Translations under genes and position numbers: made by a program | The notes under the pieces: model-generated | What the model was told of the DNA's origin: nothing | Database searches by the model: none | The model's input: the letters and a program-made list of their open reading frames with translations, nothing else | Part shown: positions 42,666 through 52,665 of the stretch, one piece after another | How the letters are laid out: each line of letters starts with the position of its first letter | Position numbering within the stretch: position 1 is the first letter of the stretch | DNA from: Methanocaldococcus sp. 28A | Lineage (GTDB): Archaea > AGJL01 > Methanococci > Methanococcales > Methanocaldococcaceae | Assembly: GCA_049852185.1 (NCBI GenBank) | Contig: CP187540.1 | Reading direction: 5' to 3' (one strand) | DNA length: 64,000 bases

Positions 42666-44432
42666 GTGAGATTGGCTATCATTGATTATGATAGATGTCA
42701 GCCAAAGAAATGCTCCTTAGAATGCATGAAATACTGTCCAGGAGTTAGAATGGGAGAGAAGACAATAGAGATAGACGAAAATTCTGGAAAACCAATAATA
42801 TCTGAGGTTTTATGTTCTGGTTGTGGAATCTGTGTTAAGAGATGTCCATTTAAGGCAATATCTATTATTGGATTGCCAGAAGAGTTGAGTGAAGATAAGA
42901 TAGTTCATTCTTATGGGCAGAATAGATTTAAGCTATTTGGTTTAGTTATTCCAAGAGATGGGGTTGTTGGGATTATAGGGCAGAATGGAATTGGTAAATC
43001 TACTGTCTTAAGAATTTTAGCTGGGGAGTTAATTCCTAATTTAGGAAGAGATGATAAAGAGCCAAACTATGATGATGTCATAAAATACTTTAGAGGCACT
43101 GAACTGCAAGAATATTTTGAAAAATTAAAAAATAAAGGAATAAAGGCTATCCATAAAGTTCAGTATGTTGATATATTACCAAAGGTTGTTAAGGGGAAGG
43201 TTGGAGAGTTATTAAAGAAAATTGATGAAAAAGGTAAGTTTGATGAAGTTGTTGAGAAGTTAGAGTTAAAAAATATTTTAGATAGAGAGTTAAACCAATT
43301 ATCCGGAGGAGAGTTGCAGAGAGTAGCTATTGCCGCTGCTTATTTAAGAAAAGGAGATATCTATTTCTTTGATGAACCTTCATCCTGGTTAGATATTAGA
43401 CAGAGATTCAATGCTGCAAGATTAATTAGAGAATTAAATAAAGTTGTTGTAGTTGAACACGATTTAATTGTTTTGGATTACTTATCTGATTATATACATA
43501 TTATGTATGGGGTTCCATCAGCTTATGGTATAGTCTCAATGCCAAAGAGTGTTAGAGTGGGAATTAATGAATATCTCTATGGAGAGTTGAGAGAAGAAAA
43601 CATGAAATTTAGAAAAGAGCCAATTATATTTGAGAAGAGGGCAGTTATTGACTTTAAGAATAGACCAATCTTATTAACATACTCATCAATGAAAAAGACT
43701 TTGGGAGATTTTAAATTAAAGATTAGCGGAGGAACTATTTATAAAGGAGAGGTTATTGGTATTTTAGGTCCTAACGGTATTGGAAAAACAACGTTTGTTA
43801 AGTTATTAGCTGGGATTATTAAACCAGATGAGGGAGAGGTTATTAAAGAGGGAGATATAAAAGTTTCATATAAACCTCAATATATCACTCCAGATTATGA
43901 TGGAACAGTTGAAGATTTATTGAGCTCAATAACTAACATAAACACATCTTATTACAAATCAGAGATAATTAATCCTCTACAGTTAGAGAAGTTGTTGGAT
44001 AGAGAGATTAAAGAGCTATCTGGTGGAGAGTTGCAGAGAGTAGCTATTGCTGCTTGCTTAAGTAGAGATGCTGATATTTATTTGTTGGATGAGCCCTCAG
44101 CATTTTTAGATGTTGAGCAGAGATTGAGAGTTTCAAAAGTAATAAGAAGAATTGCTGATGAAAAAGAAGCTGGGATGTTTGTTGTCGACCACGATATATT
44201 ATTCCAAGACTACATTTCAGATAGATTTATTGTATTTAGTGGAGAGCCAGGGAAGTTTGGAGTTGGTAGTAGTCCAATGAATAAGAGGGATGGAGCTAAT
44301 AAATTCTTAAAAGAGATGCAAATCACCTTTAGAAGAGACCCAGAAACAGGAAGGCCTAGAGCTAATAAGGAAGGTAGCCAAAGAGATATTATGCAAAAAG
44401 AGAAGGGAGAGTATTATTACGTAGATGAATAG
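42666..44432 (+). CDS. Ribosome recycling ATPase ABCE1/RLI
   Basis: N-terminal Fe-S cysteines and two ABC cassettes (GIGKS/GIGKT, LSGGELQR). Confidence 0.96.
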   Translation: MRLAIIDYDRCQPKKCSLECMKYCPGVRMGEKTIEIDENSGKPIISEVLCSGCGICVKRCPFKAISIIGLPEELSEDKIVHSYGQNRFKLFGLVIPRDGVVGIIGQNGIGKSTVLRILAGELIPNLGRDDKEPNYDDVIKYFRGTELQEYFEKLKNKGIKAIHKVQYVDILPKVVKGKVGELLKKIDEKGKFDEVVEKLELKNILDRELNQLSGGELQRVAIAAAYLRKGDIYFFDEPSSWLDIRQRFNAARLIRELNKVVVVEHDLIVLDYLSDYIHIMYGVPSAYGIVSMPKSVRVGINEYLYGELREENMKFRKEPIIFEKRAVIDFKNRPILLTYSSMKKTLGDFKLKISGGTIYKGEVIGILGPNGIGKTTFVKLLAGIIKPDEGEVIKEGDIKVSYKPQYITPDYDGTVEDLLSSITNINTSYYKSEIINPLQLEKLLDREIKELSGGELQRVAIAACLSRDADIYLLDEPSAFLDVEQRLRVSKVIRRIADEKEAGMFVVDHDILFQDYISDRFIVFSGEPGKFGVGSSPMNKRDGANKFLKEMQITFRRDPETGRPRANKEGSQRDIMQKEKGEYYYVDE

Positions 44433-44439
44433 ATTTTAA

Positions 44440-44877
44440 CTAAATTTTTTTAAATGTCCAAACGGCTGTGTTTTCATTTTCGTTATAATTAACTTCCTGG
44501 AACTTAACTTTATAGTTTCTTAACTGAGCTACTAAAAACATATAGATTATTACAGGATGAATGACTATAGGAACATTTTCATTAAGTAGTAGCTTTATAG
44601 CTTTATTTAATATTGGATTTTTTGCATATAGTATTACGGTTCCATTATTTTCTGTAATTGATAAATCTTCAGCAATTTTTAATTTATTTATAAAAATATC
44701 CTTTAATTGTTCTTCATTGTAATTATTTTTATCTAAGAAATTTTGAGAATGTAGATAATCCAACATAAATTTTGCAGCTAATCTTGAAATAGCTACACCT
44801 GTTACTCCAGAAACTGAATATAATGCTTTATTTATGAGATAGATTAGTGCACTACTAAGGTCATTATTTTCAGCCAT
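44440..44877 (-). CDS. Hypothetical protein, possible divergent V4R-like fold
   Basis: 145-aa ORF behind a GAGGTGA RBS. Its helix-then-strand pattern loosely resembles 45387-45881, but it has no Cys. Confidence 0.7.
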   Translation of the reverse strand: MAENNDLSSALIYLINKALYSVSGVTGVAISRLAAKFMLDYLHSQNFLDKNNYNEEQLKDIFINKLKIAEDLSITENNGTVILYAKNPILNKAIKLLLNENVPIVIHPVIIYMFLVAQLRNYKVKFQEVNYNENENTAVWTFKKI

Positions 44878-44997
44878 TTAACGTCACCTCTAAATTTTTA
44901 TTTAAATTATCATTGTTATGATATAAAGTGAACTACTACATATAAATAGTTAACTTTAAGCAATGACACTTCAATATCTTTAAATGAGGTGATATAA

Positions 44998-45357
44998 ATG
45001 ATTTTCAATAGCTATGAAGAATTTACCAAAAAAATGGATGAATACATTGAAAAATATAAAGGGAAATATGGATGTGTTATAACTTTCAATGGATTTGTAA
45101 GAGAGTATGATATAAAAAATGGAGAAAAAATTCCTTCAAAAGGAATGCATATAGATAAGGATATCTTAAAAAAATTAGAATCAATTATAGATAATGCAAA
45201 AAATAAGTTTGATGTTATTGAGATTTTGTTTTATCATAACACTGGATTCTTGAATGTTGGGGAGAGAGTTTCTTCAATAGCTGTTTTTGCAAGGCATAGA
45301 AAAGAGGGTTTTGAAGCTCTTGAATATATAATAAACGAGATGAAGAAATACCACTAA
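44998..45357 (+). CDS. moaE: Molybdopterin synthase catalytic subunit
   Basis: GCVITFNGFVRE, HNTGFLNVGE and ARHRKEGF motifs. Confidence 0.88.
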   Translation: MIFNSYEEFTKKMDEYIEKYKGKYGCVITFNGFVREYDIKNGEKIPSKGMHIDKDILKKLESIIDNAKNKFDVIEILFYHNTGFLNVGERVSSIAVFARHRKEGFEALEYIINEMKKYH

Positions 45358-45386
45358 AAAATTTTATTTTTAGATAATCTAACAAG

Positions 45387-45881
45387 TTAATATCTGCAAT
45401 ATTCAATAACAAACCAACAATATCCATTCTCTTTTTTTATTAATTGATTAGTACCATTCCAAAATTTCATTTTATATGGCCTATTTTTAAATTTGCCTAA
45501 TAAACTTGCAATTAATGATGGTATCGGGCATGCACTTCCAGGAATTTCTGCATCTCCAAGCTGTTTTGGGCAATATTTGCATTTGTCTATTTTAATTCCA
45601 ATAGTTATTGTATTATCTTCAATTTTTATGATAACATCATCACAAATCTGGCAGAATTCAATTAAAAACTTAATAAGTTTTTTATCATCCTTTGGAACTT
45701 CATATCCCAAATCTAAAATACATTGTCCAACTTTCTTTCCAATATATGAGCCAATAATATTTGTTGTTCCTTGATTTAACAATCTCAAATTAGCTAATTC
45801 CCCCAAGCATGACGTTAATATTATATGGAGTGGATGTAGATTTCTGTTCTCTATAAGCTTCTTATATGAATCTATTGTCAT
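45387..45881 (-). CDS. Hypothetical Cys-containing V4R-like protein
   Basis: CKYCP...GSACPIPSLI...CWF pattern. Confidence 0.72.
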   Translation of the reverse strand: MTIDSYKKLIENRNLHPLHIILTSCLGELANLRLLNQGTTNIIGSYIGKKVGQCILDLGYEVPKDDKKLIKFLIEFCQICDDVIIKIEDNTITIGIKIDKCKYCPKQLGDAEIPGSACPIPSLIASLLGKFKNRPYKMKFWNGTNQLIKKENGYCWFVIEYCRY

Positions 45882-46069
45882 AACCTCTCACCTATTAATA
45901 ATATTTTAAAAAATAAACTAAAAAATTATGGAAATTTAACAATATATAAATATAGGAAATTTATGGTTAACATAATATTTAAAATTTACTGTAATATAAT
46001 TAAAACATTCTTTAATTGAAATTTTTATTTAAATAACATTAATTTTTATTTCAAATTGAAGAACGTAGT

Positions 46070-46519
46070 AAAAATGTTAAGATAAAATTTGTATGATATG
46101 AGTAGCGAAAAGAAATAAGAAGTCAGAAGATTAAAGTTTTATCTGGGATTTTATATCATTTTTGGAATATAGTTAAAAAAAGCATGGTTTCTTTCACATT
46201 TTGAGAGTATAAGCTACAAATAGGTTAGAATATATTAAACGATTCTGAAAGAAGGACAAGAAACTTAATAGCAATCGAATGAAATCAAACAAACTAAACT
46301 AAAGTTTGAAAATGAAACTATTTATGTATGGTCAAATATTGATGTAATTTGAAAGAGTTTGATTTGGATTAAGTAATTGTGTAAAAAGTTTTTTCTTTAC
46401 TTAAACGAAGAACTAAATCTTTCTATGACCAATTCATAATACTACTAAATTCCCAACCGTCATTAGCTGGTTCGTACTCTTTCTATAACTTTTTCCTTTT
46501 ATTTTATCTTTACAGTCTC
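46070..46519 (+). mobile_element. Decayed, internally deleted IS6-family element
   Basis: Fragments KRNKK, KVLSGILYH, RNLIAI, TKLKFENETIYVWSNIDV and FSLLKRRTKSFY. Right end TTATCTTTACAGTCTC. Confidence 0.7.
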
Positions 46520-46599
46520 ATGGATAAACACACAAGAATAAATAGTTTATTTGTATATTAAATAAATATACTAAAAAATATTTATTGTGGTGGCATAAA

Positions 46600-47355
46600 A
46601 TGATTATCGCTGTTAGTGGAAAAGGAGGGGTTGGTAAGACAGCATTTACAACACTACTGATTAAAGCATTATCCAAAAAAACAAATAGCATTTTAGTTGT
46701 TGATGCTGACCCTGATTCAAATCTACCAGAAACTTTAGGAGTTTATGTAGAAAAAACTGTAGGGGATATTAGAGAAGAGTTAAAAAAGTTAGTTGAAAAA
46801 GATGAGATTCCTGCAGGAATGACAAAATTAGACTATTTAAGAAGTAAGATTTTTGAGATTTTAGTTGAAACAAAACATTATGACTTGTTAGTAATGGGAA
46901 GACCTGAAGGTAGTGGTTGTTATTGCAGTGTAAATAATTGGTTAAGGCAGATAATAGATAATCTATCTAAGGATTATGAATTTGTTGTTATAGATACTGA
47001 AGCGGGTTTAGAGCATCTTAGTAGAAGGACTACTCAAAATGTAGATGTTATGGTAGTTATAACTGATGCTTCAAAAAGAGGTTTAGGTACTGCAAAGAGA
47101 ATAAAAAAGTTAGCTAATGAGTTAGAAGTTAAATTTAAAGATATTTATGTTGTAGCAAATAAAGTTAAACCTGAGCATGAAGAACTAATTGAAAAATATG
47201 CAAAAGAACTTAGATTAAATTTGATTGGAAAGCTTCCATATAACAAAGAGATAGCTGAGTATGATTTAAAAGGTATTCCTCTATGGAATCTGCCTGAAGA
47301 CAATGAGGTTTATAAAAAAGTTGAAGAGATTACTAAAAAAATTATTAAAAAATAA
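46600..47355 (+). CDS. CooC/AcsF-type nickel-insertion ATPase
   Basis: GKGGVGKT, DADP, GSGCYC and DTEAGLEHLSR motifs. Confidence 0.9.
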   Translation: MIIAVSGKGGVGKTAFTTLLIKALSKKTNSILVVDADPDSNLPETLGVYVEKTVGDIREELKKLVEKDEIPAGMTKLDYLRSKIFEILVETKHYDLLVMGRPEGSGCYCSVNNWLRQIIDNLSKDYEFVVIDTEAGLEHLSRRTTQNVDVMVVITDASKRGLGTAKRIKKLANELEVKFKDIYVVANKVKPEHEELIEKYAKELRLNLIGKLPYNKEIAEYDLKGIPLWNLPEDNEVYKKVEEITKKIIKK

Positions 47356-47763
47356 AATTTCTATTTAATCATTGAATTGGTTATTTTTAATTTATTTCAT
47401 TTTCATATCCATTTATCCGTTCAACAAGTTTATTATACATTATTTTTGAAAATAAACCAAAACATTCGATTAATATCCCATAAGTTCTCTTATACACACC
47501 TGAAAAATATATCATTGCCCCAAAACCGAAAAGATTATTAAGTCTAATAGAGATATTTTCCCTGCGGATATAGGGTGATTTATTATCCTTCTTCTATTAT
47601 CGGGCAAAATTTCGCTTGCATAAACTTTATTAGTCTTAAAATTTTGGTATTTCCGATTATATCTTTTTGTTATATCTCTTTTATCATTATGTTTGTATAT
47701 TTATATCTTTGATGGGAACTATAGTATTTTTACCTACTAATATGCATTAGACATACACCAGAC

Positions 47764-47989
47764 GAGATTGTCAAGATAAGGATAGGTGCCAATTATATAG
47801 GGCTGGAAAAGATTCAAGTCAGTTAACCTTTCTTAATAATAATTTTAAATAATACAAAATTCTAACTAAAATATTAATCTATATTCTTATTCTTTTCTAT
47901 ATTCTTACTCTTTCCCTTTAACATTTCTATCGTAAGTTTTATATATTCATTTATTCGCATATTTGTTTAATACGTATCTTGACAGTCTC
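47764..47989. mobile_element. MITE with IS6-like ends
   Basis: TIRs GAGATTGTCAAGATA...TATCTTGACAGTCTC enclosing 226 bp, flanked by near-direct repeats ACACCAGAC / ACACAAGAC. Confidence 0.72.
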
Positions 47990-48140
47990 ACACAAGACAA
48001 ACATAATCTTTATATACCTGATTTAATATGACATTTACTTTATTAATAGATAGAATTATGATAGAATTATTAAAAACTCTTATACTGAGATTTGAAAAAG
48101 ACAAAAAATATAGCAAATATACAAAAAAGGGGGCAATATT

Positions 48141-48581
48141 ATGAAATTTTCAATAGATGAACTTTCAAAATCTAATAGAAATTCCTTAGGTAGAGATATA
48201 GATATTACCGTTTTTAGATTAATAAGATTTATGGACTTAGAAAGATTTTTAGGAAGAGAAGCAAATGGAATAATTTATGAATGTGGGAAAGAACTGGGAA
48301 AAAGTTTGAATCATTCATCTATTGATGATATGATAAAATTTTATGATGAATATAAACTTGGGAAAATGGAGATTGTAAATAAAAATCCTCTACAAATTAG
48401 AGTTTATGAGTGTATCTCTTGCTCTGGACTTCCAAAAGTTGGTAAGCCACTATGTTGGTTTGAAGGAGGATTTATTGCAGGTTGTTTAGAAAAGATATTA
48501 AATAAAAAGGTTAGAGCAACTGAAACACACTGTGTAGGTTTAGGCGATGATTTCTGTCAATTTGATATAAAAATTTTATAA
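48141..48581 (+). CDS. V4R domain protein
   Basis: IYECGKELG, YECISCSGLP, LCWFEGGFIAG and ETHCVGLGDDFCQF motifs. Confidence 0.9.
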   Translation: MKFSIDELSKSNRNSLGRDIDITVFRLIRFMDLERFLGREANGIIYECGKELGKSLNHSSIDDMIKFYDEYKLGKMEIVNKNPLQIRVYECISCSGLPKVGKPLCWFEGGFIAGCLEKILNKKVRATETHCVGLGDDFCQFDIKIL

Positions 48582-48589
48582 AATAAAAA

Positions 48590-48672
48590 TTGTCTAACCG
48601 ATTCATGACTTATACTCTTAAACTGTTAGAGAAACAAACTAACCTTTTTTAACGATAATCCTAAATAATACA
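48590..48672 (-). pseudogene. IS6-family transposase fragment
   Basis: Minus strand reads [25 protein letters not shown] and is cut off at the ISH3-type end. Confidence 0.6.
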
Positions 48673-49217
48673 CAGTATCTACGAATATGCATTAAACATA
48701 CACAACGGAGTATTACGCATAACCATGATTGAATATTCGAACTCCTCTAACAACTTTAGAATTATACAAACCAGTACTGCCTCTCTCTTTTCTATATTTG
48801 TGAATTAATTCTAAAAATTATTACAAATTATTACCCTAATAACCCTCAAAATGCGTATCTATCGATAGGCAAAAATTTCCATTGCTTTTTTTTAATTGAA
48901 TACGATTTTTAACGAAAGATTTATAAACTTCTTTAAACATAGAATTGTCTACCTTATTTATATATTGATAGTAAGAGTCTGCCAATGGATAATTTAGCTT
49001 GCTAACAGTCTCTAAATTATGTATTATTCGACATCTCCTCTATAAATCCTCCTGTATAATCTCCAACTCGATAAATACTTGAATATAGAGTGTTATTTAA
49101 TGATTTTATAGCCAACAATCTTATGTCGTTCATTGTTTTATCACCTCCTATTTTTTATAACTACGATATTATGAAATATTAACTTTTCTATTTATTTTAT
49201 GATGTTCGGAGATACTG
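48673..49217 (-). mobile_element. Internally deleted copy of the ISH3-family element
   Basis: Same TIRs as 27448-28627 in opposite orientation, 545 bp long. Both terminal segments align with the long copy. Confidence 0.85.
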
Positions 49218-49254
49218 TATATTTTTCGATAACCTCGGTTGTGGGGGGCGGTAG

Positions 49255-49685
49255 TCTTGTAATAGGAAAGTTGAACGGATAAATAAAGAGGTTGAATATC
49301 GATTAGATAGATTTAATAGTTTAGAAGAGTTCAGTCGTTTGGGGTCTGTCCAACATTGACAATTATAGACAAATGTCCACGTTGGACTTGGGCGTCATCA
49401 ACCCTCTGGGTTCATTGGCTTAGGTCTCTGCCCCTGTCATGGACATAAAAACCGTAAGGTTTTTAAGTTCTCGTCGCTTCGCTCCGAGAGAACCCCAACT
49501 CCTCCCATTGGGTAAATCCGAATAATAAATGCCCCTCTTGACCCCTAATTCTCTCCCGCATCTGGGGCAGTTATAATTTCTATTTCTTATATATACTCAT
49601 ATTTGGTAATGAAAATCTATAAATGTGTATATTTGTCTATGAAAAATTAAACAGTTTCAAACGGCATAATTTTCGGGATACTACA
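49255..49685 (+). mobile_element. IS481-family 3' remnant hosting the IS607-like cassette
   Basis: KVERINKEVEYRLDRFNSLEEF precedes the cassette. ATAATTTTCGGGATACTACA follows it and resembles the inverse of the 34295 end. Confidence 0.55.
49341..49665 (-). mobile_element. Non-autonomous IS607/TnpB-derived cassette, copy 2
   Basis: Colinear with 10543-10893, with short internal deletions and an identical central double-hairpin block. Confidence 0.65.
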
Positions 49686-49773
49686 CTATTTATACATCCA
49701 ATAAATAATATAAAATATAATAAAAAAAATTAAAATAATATATTAATTAACTAAATTTACTTAAAGGGAGAAC

Positions 49774-50625
49774 ATGATAAAGAAAGCTGTGATTCCAGTA
49801 GCAGGTTTTGGGACTAGATTGTTACCAATAACTAAGGCACAACCAAAAGAGATGCTTCCAGTAGTTAATAAGCCAATAGTCCAGTATGTTGTTGAAGATT
49901 TGGTGAAAGCAGGTGTGAGAGATATTTTATTTGTAACAGGTAAGGGAAAACAAGCTATAGAAAATCATTTTGATATGAATTATGAATTAGAATGTAAACT
50001 AGAAAAATCTGGAAAATTTGAGCTTTTAAAAATTATTAAAGAAATTGATAAGTTAGGAAATATTTTTTATGTGAGGCAGAAAGAGCAGAAGGGATTAGGA
50101 GATGCTATTTTATACGGAGAGCAGTTTGTTGGAGAAGAATACTTTATAGCTATGGTTGGAGATACAATTTACTCTAAAAATATTGTAAAAGATTTAATAA
50201 AAGCCCATGAAAAATATGGTTGTTCAGTTATAGCCTTAGAGAGAGTTCCTAAGGAAGATGTTTATAAGTATGGAGTGATTGATGGAGAAGAAATAGAGGA
50301 AGGAATTTATAAAATAAAAAATATGGTAGAAAAACCAAAAGTAGAAGAAGCTCCTTCAAATTTAATTATAACAGGGGCTTATCTTTTATCCCCAAAAATA
50401 TTTGAAAAAATTAAACAAACACCACCAGGAAGAGGGGGAGAAGTTCAAATTACCGATGCTATGAATTTGTTATTAAAAGAAGAAGATATTATAGGAGTTG
50501 AAATTAACTGTAATAGATACGATATCGGAGATGTTTTCGGATGGTTGAAAGCAAATGTAGAGCTTGGTGTTGAAAAGTGTCCCGAATTTAGAGAATTTTT
50601 AAAGGAATTCGTTAAGAATTTATAA
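49774..50625 (+). CDS. galU: UTP--glucose-1-phosphate uridylyltransferase
   Basis: KAVIPVAGFGTRLLPITKAQPKEMLP, GLGDA, VEKP and EVQITDA motifs. Confidence 0.93.
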   Translation: MIKKAVIPVAGFGTRLLPITKAQPKEMLPVVNKPIVQYVVEDLVKAGVRDILFVTGKGKQAIENHFDMNYELECKLEKSGKFELLKIIKEIDKLGNIFYVRQKEQKGLGDAILYGEQFVGEEYFIAMVGDTIYSKNIVKDLIKAHEKYGCSVIALERVPKEDVYKYGVIDGEEIEEGIYKIKNMVEKPKVEEAPSNLIITGAYLLSPKIFEKIKQTPPGRGGEVQITDAMNLLLKEEDIIGVEINCNRYDIGDVFGWLKANVELGVEKCPEFREFLKEFVKNL

Positions 50626-50687
50626 TTTTTTAAAATTTTTTGTTTTTTATTATATTTTTTATAAAACTATAATTTTTGTGGGATATT

Positions 50688-51101
50688 ATGGATATTGCTA
50701 TAATCTTAGGTCTCTTAGTTGCTGTATTTTATGGTATTGGGACATTTTTTGCAAAAATTGTTTGTGAAAAAAACCCTTTATTCCAGTGGATTGTGGTAAA
50801 TATAGTTGGAATTATATTATCTATGTTTATACTAATTAAATATAAAAATATAATTCTAACTGAGCAAAAAATTCTTACTTATGCAATAATATCCGCAGTA
50901 TTAGTAGTAGTTGGTTCATTATTGTTATATTATGCATTATATAAAGGAAAAGCGAGTATTGTAGTTCCATTATCATCAATAGGTCCAGCAATAACAGTAG
51001 CTTTATCAATATTATTTTTAAAAGAGACTTTGTCAATTTATCAGATGATTGGTGTAATTTTTATAATTATTGGAGTTATCTTACTATCCATATCAAACTA
51101 A
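50688..51101 (+). CDS. EamA/DMT family membrane protein
   Basis: Five hydrophobic segments, ALYKGKASIVVPL and FLKE motifs. Confidence 0.87.
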   Translation: MDIAIILGLLVAVFYGIGTFFAKIVCEKNPLFQWIVVNIVGIILSMFILIKYKNIILTEQKILTYAIISAVLVVVGSLLLYYALYKGKASIVVPLSSIGPAITVALSILFLKETLSIYQMIGVIFIIIGVILLSISN

Positions 51102-51128
51102 ATTAAGAAATATTAAAATATAGATTTA

Positions 51129-51380
51129 TTATTCACTAGAAGTTAATACATATCTTCTTGCACCTTGTATTCCAAGCTGTAGTTTTATTGCTTTTATAAG
51201 TTCATAAACATCTTCAACAGTTTCAGCATCATATAATGCTTCTTTAAATTTTTCTCTTTTTGAAGGCTCTATTAAGTTTAATAGATATTCAACTGTGGCA
51301 ATTAACTCAATGTATTTTCCTTCTCTACTCATTGTAGTATCTAATTCATTTATTATTTTTTGAATTTTTTCTGAAGGCAT
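51129..51380 (-). CDS. Hypothetical protein
   Basis: 83-aa ORF with a GGTGA RBS. Confidence 0.7.
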   Translation of the reverse strand: MPSEKIQKIINELDTTMSREGKYIELIATVEYLLNLIEPSKREKFKEALYDAETVEDVYELIKAIKLQLGIQGARRYVLTSSE

Positions 51381-51475
51381 TATTTCACCATATAATTCAT
51401 AGCATGTTAAGTAACAGATACATTATCATAATTATATAAATACTTTAACTATTAATATATAAAAGCGGTGAGAAC

Positions 51476-52657
51476 TTGGCAATGATTGGATTAATAGGAA
51501 AGCCAAATGTAGGAAAATCAACAATGTTTAATGCTTTAACTGAAAAACCAGCTGAGATTGGAAATTATCCATTTACAACAATAACCCCTAATAAGGGTAT
51601 AGCATATATAACAAGCCCTTGCCCATGTAAGGAGTTAAATATAAAGTGCAATCCAAGGAATTCAAAATGTATAGATGGAATTAGATATATTCCAGTTGAA
51701 GTAATAGATGTTGCTGGTTTAGTTCCAGGAGCTCATGAAGGTAGAGGGATGGGAAATAAGTTCTTAGATGATTTAAGGCAGGCAGATGCATTTATCTTAG
51801 TTGTTGATGCCTCTGGAAAGACAGACGCTGAAGGTAATCCAACAGAAAACTATGACCCAGTTGAAGACGTTAAATTTTTGTTAAATGAGATAGATATGTG
51901 GATTTATAGCATTTTAACAAAAAATTGGGATAAATTGGCAAGAAGAGCTCAGCAAGAGAAGAATATAGTTAAGGCTTTAAAAGACCAATTGAGTGGGCTG
52001 AATATAGATGAAGATGATATAAAGATGGCTATTAGGGATATGGATGAAAGCCCAATTAAATGGACTGAAGAAGATTTACTAAACTTGGCTAAAAAATTAA
52101 GAAAGATATCAAAGCCAATGATTATTGCAGCGAATAAAGCAGACCATCCAGATGCAGAGAAGAATATTGAAAGGTTAAAAAAAGAGTTTGGAGATTATAT
52201 TGTTATCCCTACATCTGCAGAGATAGAGTTAGCTTTAAAAAGAGCTGAAAAAGCTGGAATTATAAAAAGAAAAGGAAATGACTTTGAGATAATTGATGAA
52301 AGTAAAGTGAATGAGCAAATGAGAAAAGCTTTTGATTATATAAAAGAGTTTTTAGAGAAATATGGAGGAACAGGAGTTCAAGAGTGTATAAATAGAGCAT
52401 ACTTTGATTTATTAAATATGATTGTTGTTTATCCAGTTGAAGATGAGAATAAATTTTCAGATAAACAAGGAAATGTATTGCCAGATGCTTTTTTAGTTAA
52501 AAAAGGAACTACTGCAAAAGAATTAGCTTATAAGATACATACAGAGTTGGGGGATAAGTTTATTTACGCAATAGATGCAAAAAAGAAAATTAGAGTTGGA
52601 GCAGATTACGAATTAAATCATAATGATATAATTAAAATAGTCTCTGCTGCAAAATAA
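51476..52657 (+). CDS. Obg-family YchF-like GTPase/ATPase with TGS domain
   Basis: GKPNVGKST, NYPFTT, DVAGL and NKAD motifs, TGS tail. Confidence 0.93.
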   Translation: MAMIGLIGKPNVGKSTMFNALTEKPAEIGNYPFTTITPNKGIAYITSPCPCKELNIKCNPRNSKCIDGIRYIPVEVIDVAGLVPGAHEGRGMGNKFLDDLRQADAFILVVDASGKTDAEGNPTENYDPVEDVKFLLNEIDMWIYSILTKNWDKLARRAQQEKNIVKALKDQLSGLNIDEDDIKMAIRDMDESPIKWTEEDLLNLAKKLRKISKPMIIAANKADHPDAEKNIERLKKEFGDYIVIPTSAEIELALKRAEKAGIIKRKGNDFEIIDESKVNEQMRKAFDYIKEFLEKYGGTGVQECINRAYFDLLNMIVVYPVEDENKFSDKQGNVLPDAFLVKKGTTAKELAYKIHTELGDKFIYAIDAKKKIRVGADYELNHNDIIKIVSAAK

Positions 52658-52665
52658 TAAATTTA

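Noticed and set aside
47525-47720. Promoter-like CCGAAAAGATTATTAA, small hairpin CCCTGCGGATATAGGG and a GGTGA RBS
   Set aside because: No start codon or ORF follows. It is probably the orphaned 5' region of a deleted gene, with too little evidence for a riboswitch or sRNA.
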